A stretch of 62,799 bases of DNA, counting the filler, from Candidatus Fermentibacterota bacterium (GTDB lineage Bacteria > JAFGKV01), in assembly GCA_016928395.1 (NCBI GenBank). It is 5 parts of 5 records of this genome, joined end to end, with 100 filler letters (N's around TTAATTAATTAA, not from the genome) between each part and the next. Parts side by side here need not be neighbours in the genome. Positions count along the whole stretch, not along the records: positions 1 to 19,635 come from JAFGKV010000159.1; positions 19,736 to 31,717 come from JAFGKV010000162.1; 3 more parts are not named here. One strand, given 5' to 3'. This document shows positions 10,243-19,828 of this stretch, piece after piece; position 1 is the stretch's first letter, and each line of letters begins with the position of its first letter. The translations under genes and the position numbers were made by a program. The notes below the pieces were generated by a model. The model worked only from the letters and a program-made list of their open reading frames with translations. It was not told where the DNA came from and made no database searches.

Positions 10243-11477
10243 CGTCGAATGCTCTCCGTGTAGAGCTGCGCAAACCGGTCGGCGATGCGCGCCCACGAGA
10301 ACCGGGTGCGGATGCTCTCCAATCCCTGCGTGGCCACACGCCGCGCCACCTCATCGTCTTCCAGGATGCGCCGCACCGCATTGGCCAGGGAGGGAGGGTC
10401 AGCGGGCGGTACAAGGATCCCGTTCAGACCATCTTGAACGATGTCGGTGATACCGCCCACCGCCGAGGCAACCACAGGCAGACACGACGACATAGCTTCC
10501 AGAAGAACCACGCCCTGCCCCTCGGTGTCGCCGCTGGGCAGCACGACTGACGGGAGGGCGAAAGCCTGGCAGGTTCGGTAATAGCGGGCGAGGTCTGTCT
10601 GCGCCACACGGCCGGCGAACACCACTACTGACGACAGGCCAAGCTCGGCAACCTGCCGCCTGAGCATCGGTTCCTCGGGTCCGAATCCGACAAGCAGGAG
10701 ACGGAAGTCCGGCCACTCTTTCGCCAGTATGTGTGCCGCGGCGATGAGATGGGTAAACCCCTTCTTCTCGGCGAAGCGGCCGACTCCCAGCACCGTTTTC
10801 CCGCGCAGGCCGTGCCGATGCACGATTTCCTCGTCGGGAACGCCGGGATGGAACAGCGAAAGATCAACCCCCATAGGAACGAGATTCACCTGGCTTCCGG
10901 CATACAGCCTGAGCACCGCTTCGACCGTGGCATTGCTGTTCACGGTGCAGGACACGGCACGGCGCAGAGCGTGGGTGCCGAAGGGCCTGATGAGGGGATG
11001 GGTCATGGCGAAGACATCTCCCGCGTGGGCCGTAAGGATAAGCGGTATGCCCCGCCGTCTACAGTGGAGTGCGGCGAAGAAACCCTGCGGTACGATCCAG
11101 TGCGCATGCACCAGGTCCCAAGGGCGCTGGCGCAGCATTTGGGCGATGGCGCGATCCTGGGCGATGAGGAATCCCGGCAACTGAAGCCGAGCGCGCCAGT
11201 ATCGTTTGAGATTCGGCAAAGCCCCGCCGTCATAGCACACCCGTTGCCACCGGCGGGGTAGTGCGTAGGCGAAACGGATTACCTGGAGACTCCCCAGCCT
11301 TTCGCTTCGCGCAGCCCCTGGTGCGTGCGGAACCAGAACGGTGATGTCGAAGCCTCTCTCCGCCAGGAGATTGGACAGGTAGAACACAAATGCAGGCTCG
11401 GTGTCGTCTGCCCAGCGGGGAAACGTCGTCGCCAAGACGAGTACGCGCGGACTGCGGTCAGGGCTCGTGCTGCGCAC
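10239..11477 (-). CDS. Glycosyltransferase family 4
   Basis: HAHWIVPQG, VGRFAEKKG, EGQGVVLLEAM, GGITDIV. Confidence 0.92.
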   Translation of the reverse strand: MRSTSPDRSPRVLVLATTFPRWADDTEPAFVFYLSNLLAERGFDITVLVPHAPGAARSERLGSLQVIRFAYALPRRWQRVCYDGGALPNLKRYWRARLQLPGFLIAQDRAIAQMLRQRPWDLVHAHWIVPQGFFAALHCRRRGIPLILTAHAGDVFAMTHPLIRPFGTHALRRAVSCTVNSNATVEAVLRLYAGSQVNLVPMGVDLSLFHPGVPDEEIVHRHGLRGKTVLGVGRFAEKKGFTHLIAAAHILAKEWPDFRLLLVGFGPEEPMLRRQVAELGLSSVVVFAGRVAQTDLARYYRTCQAFALPSVVLPSGDTEGQGVVLLEAMSSCLPVVASAVGGITDIVQDGLNGILVPPADPPSLANAVRRILEDDEVARRVATQGLESIRTRFSWARIADRFAQLYTESIRR

Positions 11478-11480
11478 GGG

Positions 11481-12602
11481 TCAACCCTCTGCCACTACTT
11501 CTTTGAGCCACGCGCCCAGCTCGGCATGGGTCGTGACGGACGGCATGCGGGCGAACCCGCGAATCTCTAGGGGACATGCGCACTCGGGGTGGGGTAGGTA
11601 CCCGTGCATGCCCGCCGGAGGTGCAGCGCAGAAGAAATCAGGCCAGAACACAGCGCCAGGCGGGGCCAGCCATGCATGGTTGCCCAGCTGCGGTGAACCC
11701 CATGCCAGGCCGAATGATTCACGGTCCGTCTCCGAGAGCGGGACCATATCAGGAGGCGCAGGGGGAAGCCTTGGCGTCTCGGCCCCGCCGGCATACTTGA
11801 TTCGGACCATGGTGGAATCGATGAAGTACCGTATTCCTCCCTGCCCGGCTACTTCATCAAGCCACTGTGGCGGCCTGATACACCGCGACACGGGGAGAAA
11901 TCCATGGTCGGAGAAAATGACGATTCGCAGGCCGGGCGCCCTGGACTGCATCTCTCCCAACACATTGGCTATTCGCCTGGCAGTTACGGCGCGGCAGTGA
12001 GCTGCCTGGGTGCTGGACGGGCCGAATCTGTGCGATACTTTGTCGAGATCGCCCAACTTGATGAAGTAGAAATCGCGAAGACCTTTGGCGAATGAGCGAA
12101 ACACGAAAGCTTCGACTCTGCAGTCCGTGGCGCCCCACGGGCTGATCCGAGGCGGTGCTGCGAAAAGCCATGCTTTGCCCATTTGTCGCAGCACGTCGAA
12201 TAACGACTCGGTATCGCCGAAAGCCCCGCTTTCGTCCGGGCGTGAGGAAAAGGCGGGCGCCACGTGGCGCAGGAAGCGGGGAGGGATCAGGCTGGAACGA
12301 GGCAGAATACGATGGTTCAAGGATGACGAGATCCGGTAGAGGAGGAAATTCAGATACCGCCGATGCCGGGGAGTCAGGGAATGCCACAGAAGATCGATGC
12401 CTGGAATGCGACACACGGCCTCAAAGGGGGATTGCTCCGAAAACACGTAATCGGTGAGCCATTGGTGTGCCGCGACGGAGACACCGGTGAAGATGCTTGC
12501 CTCCACATCCCTAAACCCTAGTTGGGGCATGAGCTTGCCTGGTGTGGGGTGATCCGCGTAACGCAGCCCGTCGACGAGAATCAACACCAGCGGCGACGTC
12601 AC
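11481..12602 (-). CDS. Alkaline phosphatase superfamily (nucleotide pyrophosphatase/phosphodiesterase-like) protein
   Basis: LILVDGLR, DLDKVSHRFGP, FSDHGF, GMHGY. Confidence 0.75.
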   Translation of the reverse strand: MTSPLVLILVDGLRYADHPTPGKLMPQLGFRDVEASIFTGVSVAAHQWLTDYVFSEQSPFEAVCRIPGIDLLWHSLTPRHRRYLNFLLYRISSSLNHRILPRSSLIPPRFLRHVAPAFSSRPDESGAFGDTESLFDVLRQMGKAWLFAAPPRISPWGATDCRVEAFVFRSFAKGLRDFYFIKLGDLDKVSHRFGPSSTQAAHCRAVTARRIANVLGEMQSRAPGLRIVIFSDHGFLPVSRCIRPPQWLDEVAGQGGIRYFIDSTMVRIKYAGGAETPRLPPAPPDMVPLSETDRESFGLAWGSPQLGNHAWLAPPGAVFWPDFFCAAPPAGMHGYLPHPECACPLEIRGFARMPSVTTHAELGAWLKEVVAEG

Positions 12603-13834
12603 AATGACCGCTTTCTTCGGCGAGCCGTGGATGAGGCCTTGAAGAGGCGTACGATATCATCCCGAAGACCGTCAGGATCTCCGCGGGAAGAGCCGACTGT
12701 CCCCCGGGCCCACGCATGCAGCGCCGCTGCGTGGGAGGGCTCCTGAGTGGCCGCCAGCCACGCCCACGCGGCGGCCCAGGCACGGATGAGAGGATGGGTT
12801 CGCCGGATGCTCCCCAGGCGGAGATTCTCGACGACCTGATAGATGCTGACAAGGGCTGGCGCGAGTACACGCCGCAAGGGAATGCCCCGCTGCCTGAGTC
12901 CTTGATCCGCAAAAGGCCTCAAGAACTTGCCGCGCGCATGTCGGGCCAAGCGCTGGGCTCCATCGAGAGGACTGCCGGGGAGATATGCCAGCACTGAGGC
13001 TGCCAGGGGTTCTGTGAACGCCAATGCTTCATCCCGCGCACAGCACCAAAGGGCTGCTCCCTCTGAGGGATCGGGGCCAGCCGGGTTGAGCTTGAAGACA
13101 AGGGCTGCATCGGCGCGCTGGGACAGCGCGCCGATGCCCTGCAGCAGAGGGCCGTTCTCTTCTGCGATGGAAAGGGTGAGGTTTCGCGCCGCGTAGCCGG
13201 GCGTCCACTGGCCCCTGAGCAGAAGCAAGGCCGCGACCAGATCGAGGGTTGCCTTGGCCCGGTCATAGGCGATGGACTGGAGAATCTCCTGAGGAGGCAG
13301 AGCCGCGGAATCAACCCATGGTCCCCATTGCTCCACAAGCCCGATGAGCTTGTTCAGCACTGGACGAAGCCCGCTCTCGGGTGGGATCTGCGTGGGATCA
13401 GCGGGGATCCTCTCCAATAGGTTGTGGCCCCATACCACCTGCCCAGTGAGTTTGAGTTCCACATTGGCAAGATCATGAGGGAGCCTGGCCAACGTGTTCA
13501 CGGACATCACCGCCAGCCCGATATGGAAGCGGCCGGGAGATGGTTTCTCCTCATCGTAGGGCGGGTAGCCCAATGCCTCGTATGCGGCCTGACGCACTTC
13601 GTCCACGGCATGTGCCGCCTTACGCAGGCTTCCATTGTCTACCACGGCGAACAGGTCATAATCCTTATAGGGCTCCCACCCGGCTGCCTGGCGTATGAAG
13701 GTGCCTTCACCCCGTGCAAAGGACCCGCCTAACACGAGACTCACCAACCCCGGGATTCGGGCCGAGGCTATGTCGGCGATGCAACGCATGTCGCGCTGGA
13801 GAACGCCAGCCGGGCTCGATTCAGCCACTGTCAC
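12599..13834 (-). CDS. Putative nucleotidyltransferase-fold protein
   Basis: LGGSFARGEG...DYDLFAVV matches the GS-x-DxD pol-beta NTase signature. Confidence 0.55.
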   Translation of the reverse strand: MTVAESSPAGVLQRDMRCIADIASARIPGLVSLVLGGSFARGEGTFIRQAAGWEPYKDYDLFAVVDNGSLRKAAHAVDEVRQAAYEALGYPPYDEEKPSPGRFHIGLAVMSVNTLARLPHDLANVELKLTGQVVWGHNLLERIPADPTQIPPESGLRPVLNKLIGLVEQWGPWVDSAALPPQEILQSIAYDRAKATLDLVAALLLLRGQWTPGYAARNLTLSIAEENGPLLQGIGALSQRADAALVFKLNPAGPDPSEGAALWCCARDEALAFTEPLAASVLAYLPGSPLDGAQRLARHARGKFLRPFADQGLRQRGIPLRRVLAPALVSIYQVVENLRLGSIRRTHPLIRAWAAAWAWLAATQEPSHAAALHAWARGTVGSSRGDPDGLRDDIVRLFKASSTARRRKRSL

Positions 13835-13850
13835 AGGGTGGTGAAGAACG

Positions 13851-14654
13851 CTACCCGTCCAATCGCTCGATCACGAAAGGCGCCCCCGGCCCGAGATCAA
13901 GTTGGAGGGCCGCGGATCCATCGCGTACCGAGAGTTCCACATGACCGCTGGAGCCGATGACTGCGAGCGGCGTCCCCGCGTCGACCTCGGAGTAGAATCG
14001 TCGAACTGGAAGCTGGCCAGCGTCACAACGCACGGTCCACGACCCTCTGGTGAGGTCGATTCCAAGCTCTTCGGGGGCAATGTTGGAAATGCAGTTGCCG
14101 AAGTGGTCGACATAGATGACGGCGCCGCCGATTCGATGGGAGGATATCCGTTGCGGCCTGGGAAGGTCAAGCCTGACCACCGTTCTCAGCGGCGGCCCCA
14201 GTTCCTCAAGTCTCACACCCCGGGCGAGATAGGCGGCGACCGGCGCGAAAATGTCACGGCCGTGAAATGTGCTGCTGGTGCGGGGAAGAACGTACGCCCT
14301 GTTCTGGATGGTCACGACGCGGGGAGGGGGATCATCATCGGCGAGAAACCAGAAGAGCCCGTTGTCCGGACCAACAAAATACATGCCCCGGCCATGCACA
14401 GCGACGGGATGCCGCGCGCTGCCAACGCCGGGGTCAACGACCACGAGGTGCACTGTCCCTTGCGGGAAGTACTCCAGCGCGGCGCGAAGAGCAAAGGAGG
14501 CGCGAAGCACATCACCCTGGGACAGAGTATGGGCGAGGTCCACCAAATGGCAGGTGGGGCAGATCTGAAGAATCACACCTTTCATGACTCCCACATAGGG
14601 GTCATCCAGCCCGAAGTCCGTGGTGAGAGTTATGATGGGGTGTGCGTCAGTCAT
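13851..14654 (-). CDS. SAM hydroxide adenosyltransferase / SAM-dependent halogenase family (DUF62)
   Basis: ITLTTDFG, VVDPGVGS, GPDNG, STFHGRDIFAP, DHFGN. Confidence 0.92.
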   Translation of the reverse strand: MTDAHPIITLTTDFGLDDPYVGVMKGVILQICPTCHLVDLAHTLSQGDVLRASFALRAALEYFPQGTVHLVVVDPGVGSARHPVAVHGRGMYFVGPDNGLFWFLADDDPPPRVVTIQNRAYVLPRTSSTFHGRDIFAPVAAYLARGVRLEELGPPLRTVVRLDLPRPQRISSHRIGGAVIYVDHFGNCISNIAPEELGIDLTRGSWTVRCDAGQLPVRRFYSEVDAGTPLAVIGSSGHVELSVRDGSAALQLDLGPGAPFVIERLDG

Positions 14655-14849
14655 CGCAACCTACCTCCTGCGCGACCTTCTTAAGCCGTAGGGCCTTGGG
14701 TGTCAAACTTCTTTGTGTGGCAAGACCTCTGAGGGCGCGGGGCACACTCAGACTTCTCGATGGTGCGAGTCTGCCGCGCAGCAGCAGATCGGTTGCCTCG
14801 GGATGCCCTCGTACAGAAACCGACCCCATCGAACGGGGACTTGACCGCA

Positions 14850-16088
14850 TCATCTCTTCTCAGGCCTGCGCTGTTTTCCGGAGTCCTTACTCTTGTCTTC
14901 ATCGGTTGCCATCAGCCACAGAACAGCCCCCATCCCTGGATCGGTGGGATCCACCTGATGCCGACGGGCAACGGAGAACCCTGCGGGAGGCAGGTCGCAG
15001 GCTCCAGGATCAACACGGTTCGCCAGAGGAGCACTCATCAAGACTGGTGTGCCTCCGCCGTCGGCGATGCACCACAGTTCGAGGGAGTCTCGAGCAAGAA
15101 GCTGCAGGCGGCGCCAGTGCAGGCGGACTTTCTCCGAGCGCAGTCGGTCGGTCTGGGCCATGCACGCCACTAGATCGTTCAGGGCTTCCGACAGGTCCTG
15201 CAGCTCCTGATACCGGCATCCCGGCATCTCGAAGTCGAAATCACCCTCTGCAGCACGCCGGACCAGGCCGACCAGCCGTTTCAGGGGGTTCTGCAATGTC
15301 CGGGGAAAGTAGACGACCCAGGTTGCAGCCAGAACAGTAGTGGCCAGGAGTACCCCCAGCAGGTTGCGCTCACCTCTGGACACCAGAACTGCGAGCGCAG
15401 TCGCATCTTCTTCCATCCCCGATCGAGCTCGGTCGACCACTGACTCACCGATCGCCGTCATGGCGCGGCTCAGGCTGTCTAGGCGGGCGTCAAGTCGCCA
15501 TGTCTGAGTTTCCGTGGCAGGCATGCGCAAGAGCAGAGAGTCAAGGTCGAGGGTTTGAAAGCCCGCCTCGGCCTCGGCCATTAGGCTGTCTCTGACTCCG
15601 AGGTCAGTCTCCGCTGCCGCCCGGAGTAGGTGGTCCAGCCTGGTTCGCCGGGCATCGAGCGCGGCCCGCGCATGGTCTTGCAGATGGGCGACGTTTGCAG
15701 CGTAGTTTGGCGACATAACCACCAGCGAATCCAAGGTGGCGGAGAACACCCCCGCCACGACCACACCCGCACTGGCGAGGGAATCCTCGCCTGCGACGCG
15801 GAGGGACTCAGCGATCGATGTGGCTATGGAGACATACTCACGCGCTCGTGCGGCCACGAGGTTGTCGCCCAGCAAGGCGAAGGACCGCGAGGCCCGTCGC
15901 GCCCCTGCTGTTGCCACCAGAAAGCGATGGCCAAAGCTCTCTTGTCGCGCGTGGCTGTAGATCAAGGTCTCGACCTTGTGATGAATGCGATTGAACTGCA
16001 CCAGTCCGATGATGACCACCGGCACCACGGTCAGCGCGGCGATGCCCATGCCGAGACTCAGCCGCAGGCTGAGCGAAGACCGATGCAC
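14850..16088 (-). CDS. Two-TM sensor-like protein with HAMP domain, no kinase domain
   Basis: TM-periplasmic-TM followed by NPLKRL...AEGDF...ELQDLSEALNDL (HAMP). Confidence 0.6.
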   Translation of the reverse strand: MHRSSLSLRLSLGMGIAALTVVPVVIIGLVQFNRIHHKVETLIYSHARQESFGHRFLVATAGARRASRSFALLGDNLVAARAREYVSIATSIAESLRVAGEDSLASAGVVVAGVFSATLDSLVVMSPNYAANVAHLQDHARAALDARRTRLDHLLRAAAETDLGVRDSLMAEAEAGFQTLDLDSLLLRMPATETQTWRLDARLDSLSRAMTAIGESVVDRARSGMEEDATALAVLVSRGERNLLGVLLATTVLAATWVVYFPRTLQNPLKRLVGLVRRAAEGDFDFEMPGCRYQELQDLSEALNDLVACMAQTDRLRSEKVRLHWRRLQLLARDSLELWCIADGGGTPVLMSAPLANRVDPGACDLPPAGFSVARRHQVDPTDPGMGAVLWLMATDEDKSKDSGKQRRPEKR

Positions 16089-16171
16089 TACCGGATAACT
16101 CCTACGCCCGCTGTCGGTGCGCGGGCAACACCGAGCGGCGGGATTGCCATTGCCGCGGGTCGCCCCATCTC

Positions 16172-16903
16172 CTAATCCTCTCCGACCGGCGGAAGCTGGT
16201 TCCCCAGGGTGGCTAGCTCTTCTACGGCCTCTCCCGGGCCAACCACCACAAGTGTATCACCGGCTTTGAGTTCAAAGTCCGGGCCGGGCGATGGCAAGAG
16301 CCGCGAGGAAGACGACGGGCGGCCGTCTTCCTCGACGTTGGCCATTTGACGTTGGACACCGACGATCATCAGGTCGAAACGCTGCCTGAACCGCAGTTGG
16401 CCCACACTTTGCCCCCAGAGGGCCTCCGGCGCTGCGATCTCCGCCAACTGATAGCCATCCGCCAACTCGGCCTTGATCACCACCTTGAAGCTGAGGAGGC
16501 TCTTCGCAAGGCTCCTGGCGGCATCCGTTTCCGGATCGATCACCCGGTGGGCTCCGACTCGCCTGAGGATTCGCCGGTGCAGATCGGACCCTGCCCGGGC
16601 CACAATCATCGGTACGCCGATGTCCCTGAGAATGGCAGTGGCCAGAATGGAGACCTCCTGGTTCTCACCAAATCCCACTATGGCCACATCAACATGAGTG
16701 AGGTTGAGACCGGCCATGGCATCGCTGTCGGTGCATTCGACCTGGATTGCCTCCGCCACGTACTCTTTGAGGGCTTCCACCCGTTGCATATCGTTGTCGA
16801 GAGCGGTCACATCGGCCCCTTCTGCGGAAAGGTCCAATGCAAGCCTCGAACCGAATCGGCCTAGCCCCAGAATGGCGAATCGTGTTGAAGGTGCGTGGTC
16901 CAT
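16172..16903 (-). CDS. trkA: Trk/Ktr potassium uptake NAD-binding subunit
   Basis: FAILGLGRFG RCK-N domain, C-terminal RCK-C (PGPDFELKAGDTLVVVG). Confidence 0.9.
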   Translation of the reverse strand: MDHAPSTRFAILGLGRFGSRLALDLSAEGADVTALDNDMQRVEALKEYVAEAIQVECTDSDAMAGLNLTHVDVAIVGFGENQEVSILATAILRDIGVPMIVARAGSDLHRRILRRVGAHRVIDPETDAARSLAKSLLSFKVVIKAELADGYQLAEIAAPEALWGQSVGQLRFRQRFDLMIVGVQRQMANVEEDGRPSSSSRLLPSPGPDFELKAGDTLVVVGPGEAVEELATLGNQLPPVGED

Positions 16904-17235
16904 CGTTCTCCTTGATTCCTCAACCAGGCGTCAGGAAGGTCTCGCAGTGAGGGGGGAAGAGACTCCATCCAACTTAGCGCATGGCGGTACGATGCGCACG
17001 TCGTAACTACTCAACTCGCAGCAGGGCCTCGGAAAGAACACGGCGCGGCCAGACTCCTTGGAGTTGAGAGTTCCCCCACAGTACCAGGAAACCCCGCAAC
17101 AGCCGTGCGGTGATCAGCATTCCTCTGCCGCTTCCAGGCGCTCCCTGTGCTCACCTGCCGGAACCAGTGCGCAGAAAGCCGAGAGCTGAGAGTCTGTCAC
17201 GGGGCTCCTCTACCCGCCTGTGTGACCCATGGCGG

Positions 17236-19029
17236 TCATCCTACGATGACATCCCCTGATGGATAGGTGTGTCGCGAAACCCGCCGCCGGTCCCCCACCG
17301 ACAATGCCAGCGTAAGGGGGCCGACTCGGCCGGCGAACATGAGGCCTATAATAACCAGCTTGGCCTCGGTGCCCAGCTCTGGCGTGATGCCCGTGCTGAG
17401 ACCCACCGTCCCCAATGCCGAGGCAGCCTCGAAGATGAGATCCATTGGTGGCCGGGCTTCCATTACCAGGAGCAGGAAAATCCCTAAGGCCAATGTGCCC
17501 AATGATGCCAGAGAGATGGCGACGACACGCTGAAATAGCACATCCGGGAGGCTTCGCCCGAAGGTTTCTATGCGGGCACTTTGGGAGAGGAGTGAACGAA
17601 GCGACAGGATCAGGGCTGCCGCAGTGGTTGTCTTTATGCCGCCCCCCGTGCCGCCGGGGCTGGCGCCGATGAACATGAAGAGACAGACGGCAAAGAGAAG
17701 GGCTGGCGAAAACCGTGCCACGTGAAGGGTATTGAACCCCGCGGTTCGTGTCGTGACAGACTGGAACATCGCATGCACGACTTTGTGACCGAAGGGAAAG
17801 GCCCGCATCGTATTGTCGTACTCAGCAAAGAACAGCAGAAATGCACCGGTCACGATGAGTATCCCTGAGGTCACCAGACCCAAACGCGTGTGGAGCGAGA
17901 GCCCTCGCCACCCTCTGGGTCGCCGGTGCGGGAGCGGCATATCGTCGTCGAATACAGGTGCCACCGTGCGATGTCTTCTGCGCCAGCGGGGCACGAAGGC
18001 ATCGCTCAGGTCCTTCAGGATGGGAAAGCCCAAGCCCCCGACGATGATGAGGACCGCCACCGTGATCACTGCGGGGATGGAGGCTTGCTCCAGGCTGTCC
18101 GACCAGAGCGAGAAGCCCGCATTGCAGAATGCCGAAACGGAGTGAAAGAGGCCGACAAACAGCCCGCCTGATCCGCTGGGCGAGGCAGGCCCAGGGAAAG
18201 CTGTCAGAAGCGCCCAGCCGACTGCTTCGCAGATCACCGTGATCAGCGCTACGAATCGCACCATGCCGAATACGTCCGAACGGCGATACGAGGGCAGCAC
18301 CTGCGCCAAGGCCTGGCGCTGTCGGCCGCTGGGTCTTCGAAACATGGCGATCAGCGATAGGGAGAGAGTCATGGTTCCCAGCCCGCCGATCTGGATGAGG
18401 GAGAGAATCACCCAGTGGCCGAAGGTGCTGAAATGGGTTGGCGTGTCCCTCACGATCAAGCCTGTGACGCACGTGGCGGAGGTTGCGGTGAAGAAGGCAT
18501 CGATGACCGGGGTTGGCGCTCCGTCCCGAGTGGCCACGGGCAGGCATAGTGCGACGGTCCCCAGAGCGATGGCCGATGCGAACGACAGAGGGGCCAGCCT
18601 GGCGGCCCCTGCTTCGATGCGCTCCACCAGCCGCTCGCGCACGATCCTGGCGGTCGTGGACGATGCCCAATGCACGATCTGGCCGGCCAGGAGGAGCAGC
18701 CGGTGGTCTCCTCCGCGGGCCCACTCGGTCGCGGCCAGGAGGGCGAGTGCGGCTTCCACTAGGCCGGAGAAACGCCGGAATCTTCTGGTCGGGGGAAGGA
18801 ACCGCGTGACCGCGCCCAACAGCAGAGCGCCCAAGGTAGCAAGGTCAAAGACGAATGCGGCGGGTGAGATCCATGGCGGCAGAGAGTGCTGCATTCCCCG
18901 TTCCCACAGCCAGGCCGCCGACACCCACACGGTGAGCGCGAGAAGAGATAGGCGGGAGAACCGGCGCAGACGCGCGAACCGGATGCCGCCGGTTACCAGG
19001 GAAGTGACGCCGCGCATCGCAGTACTCAC
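17236..19029 (-). CDS. trkH: Trk/Ktr potassium uptake membrane subunit
   Basis: TSATCVTGL, SAFCNAGF, TRTAGF, GGGIKTT, LGTVGLS, GRVGPLT. Confidence 0.93.
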   Translation of the reverse strand: MSTAMRGVTSLVTGGIRFARLRRFSRLSLLALTVWVSAAWLWERGMQHSLPPWISPAAFVFDLATLGALLLGAVTRFLPPTRRFRRFSGLVEAALALLAATEWARGGDHRLLLLAGQIVHWASSTTARIVRERLVERIEAGAARLAPLSFASAIALGTVALCLPVATRDGAPTPVIDAFFTATSATCVTGLIVRDTPTHFSTFGHWVILSLIQIGGLGTMTLSLSLIAMFRRPSGRQRQALAQVLPSYRRSDVFGMVRFVALITVICEAVGWALLTAFPGPASPSGSGGLFVGLFHSVSAFCNAGFSLWSDSLEQASIPAVITVAVLIIVGGLGFPILKDLSDAFVPRWRRRHRTVAPVFDDDMPLPHRRPRGWRGLSLHTRLGLVTSGILIVTGAFLLFFAEYDNTMRAFPFGHKVVHAMFQSVTTRTAGFNTLHVARFSPALLFAVCLFMFIGASPGGTGGGIKTTTAAALILSLRSLLSQSARIETFGRSLPDVLFQRVVAISLASLGTLALGIFLLLVMEARPPMDLIFEAASALGTVGLSTGITPELGTEAKLVIIGLMFAGRVGPLTLALSVGDRRRVSRHTYPSGDVIVG

Positions 19030-19367
19030 AGCCGGGCGCTTGCCGACAGCAGGTTTCCACGCGGGAACACGACACTGGCAGCGAAGTTCAGAATGGCGTC
19101 CCCGGGCCTCTCGGCTGCCGCGGTGGTCACGGTATGTGCCCGGTCATTATGGCGGTGGGTGTCTCTGGCCGCCGTGACGGTGGTGATGCATTCACCGGGG
19201 ACACCATCATCGTTCTCAGCGGCGTCTGTGCTTCGCAGTGCGTCTCGATCCGGAGGCGGCCGAGTCGGCGACTCAACAGAGGCCAGGGCCTGAAGGGATG
19301 CGCGGTCCAGGCCGGCCGATGAGGCGGAGAAGATGAGGATACCGACGAAGACGATCCCGAATCGCAT
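19026..19367 (-). CDS. Hypothetical secreted protein
   Basis: Signal-peptide-like MRFGIVFVGILIFSASSA; GGAG upstream; stop overlaps trkH start. Confidence 0.4.
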   Translation of the reverse strand: MRFGIVFVGILIFSASSAGLDRASLQALASVESPTRPPPDRDALRSTDAAENDDGVPGECITTVTAARDTHRHNDRAHTVTTAAAERPGDAILNFAASVVFPRGNLLSASARL

Positions 19368-19635
19368 GCCAGTCTCTCCTTCCCTCCACGCCGTCCTTCG
19401 GGCGTGAATCAGACAGGATAGGCCACGAGCCACCCGTTCACAAGCGGGATCTAAGCTGCAACTCCCCCGCCGCGGCACCGGAAGTTGCAGCACGTATCGT
19501 CCGGCGGGCCCGGGGCCCCCACTTGTTTGCCAAAGGGCAGGGCTCAATGGGGTCCGAGAGCGTCGCTGACCGTGTGGGGTGCAGCCCCCCACCTGAACCC
19601 TGCGGACTCCTCGCGCGTCCTCTCCCGTCACGTCA

Positions 19636-19735
19636 NNNNNNNNNNNNNNNNNNNNNNNNNNNNNNNNNNNNNNNNNNNNTTAATTAATTAANNNNNNNNN
19701 NNNNNNNNNNNNNNNNNNNNNNNNNNNNNNNNNNN
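19636..19735. other. Artificial contig-joining linker
   Basis: N-run + TTAATTAATTAA (stops in six frames) + N-run, 100 bp. Confidence 0.97.
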
Positions 19736-19828
19736 CCGATCTATTTATCCTCCGGACGGGATGACCGGATTGCCGGGTGCTCAGCGTTGGTCCATCCATC
19801 CTTCTGTCAAAGCGGTGCCTAGGCCGCC

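Noticed and set aside
13851-14654. Fluorinase/chlorinase activity
   Set aside because: The family is dominated by SAM hydrolases, and the FHGRD motif fits the hydroxide adenosyltransferase type; halogenase function is unsupported.
16904-17235. c-di-AMP riboswitch between trkH and trkA
   Set aside because: Context is suggestive, but the conserved ydaO motifs could not be found by eye; needs an Rfam scan.
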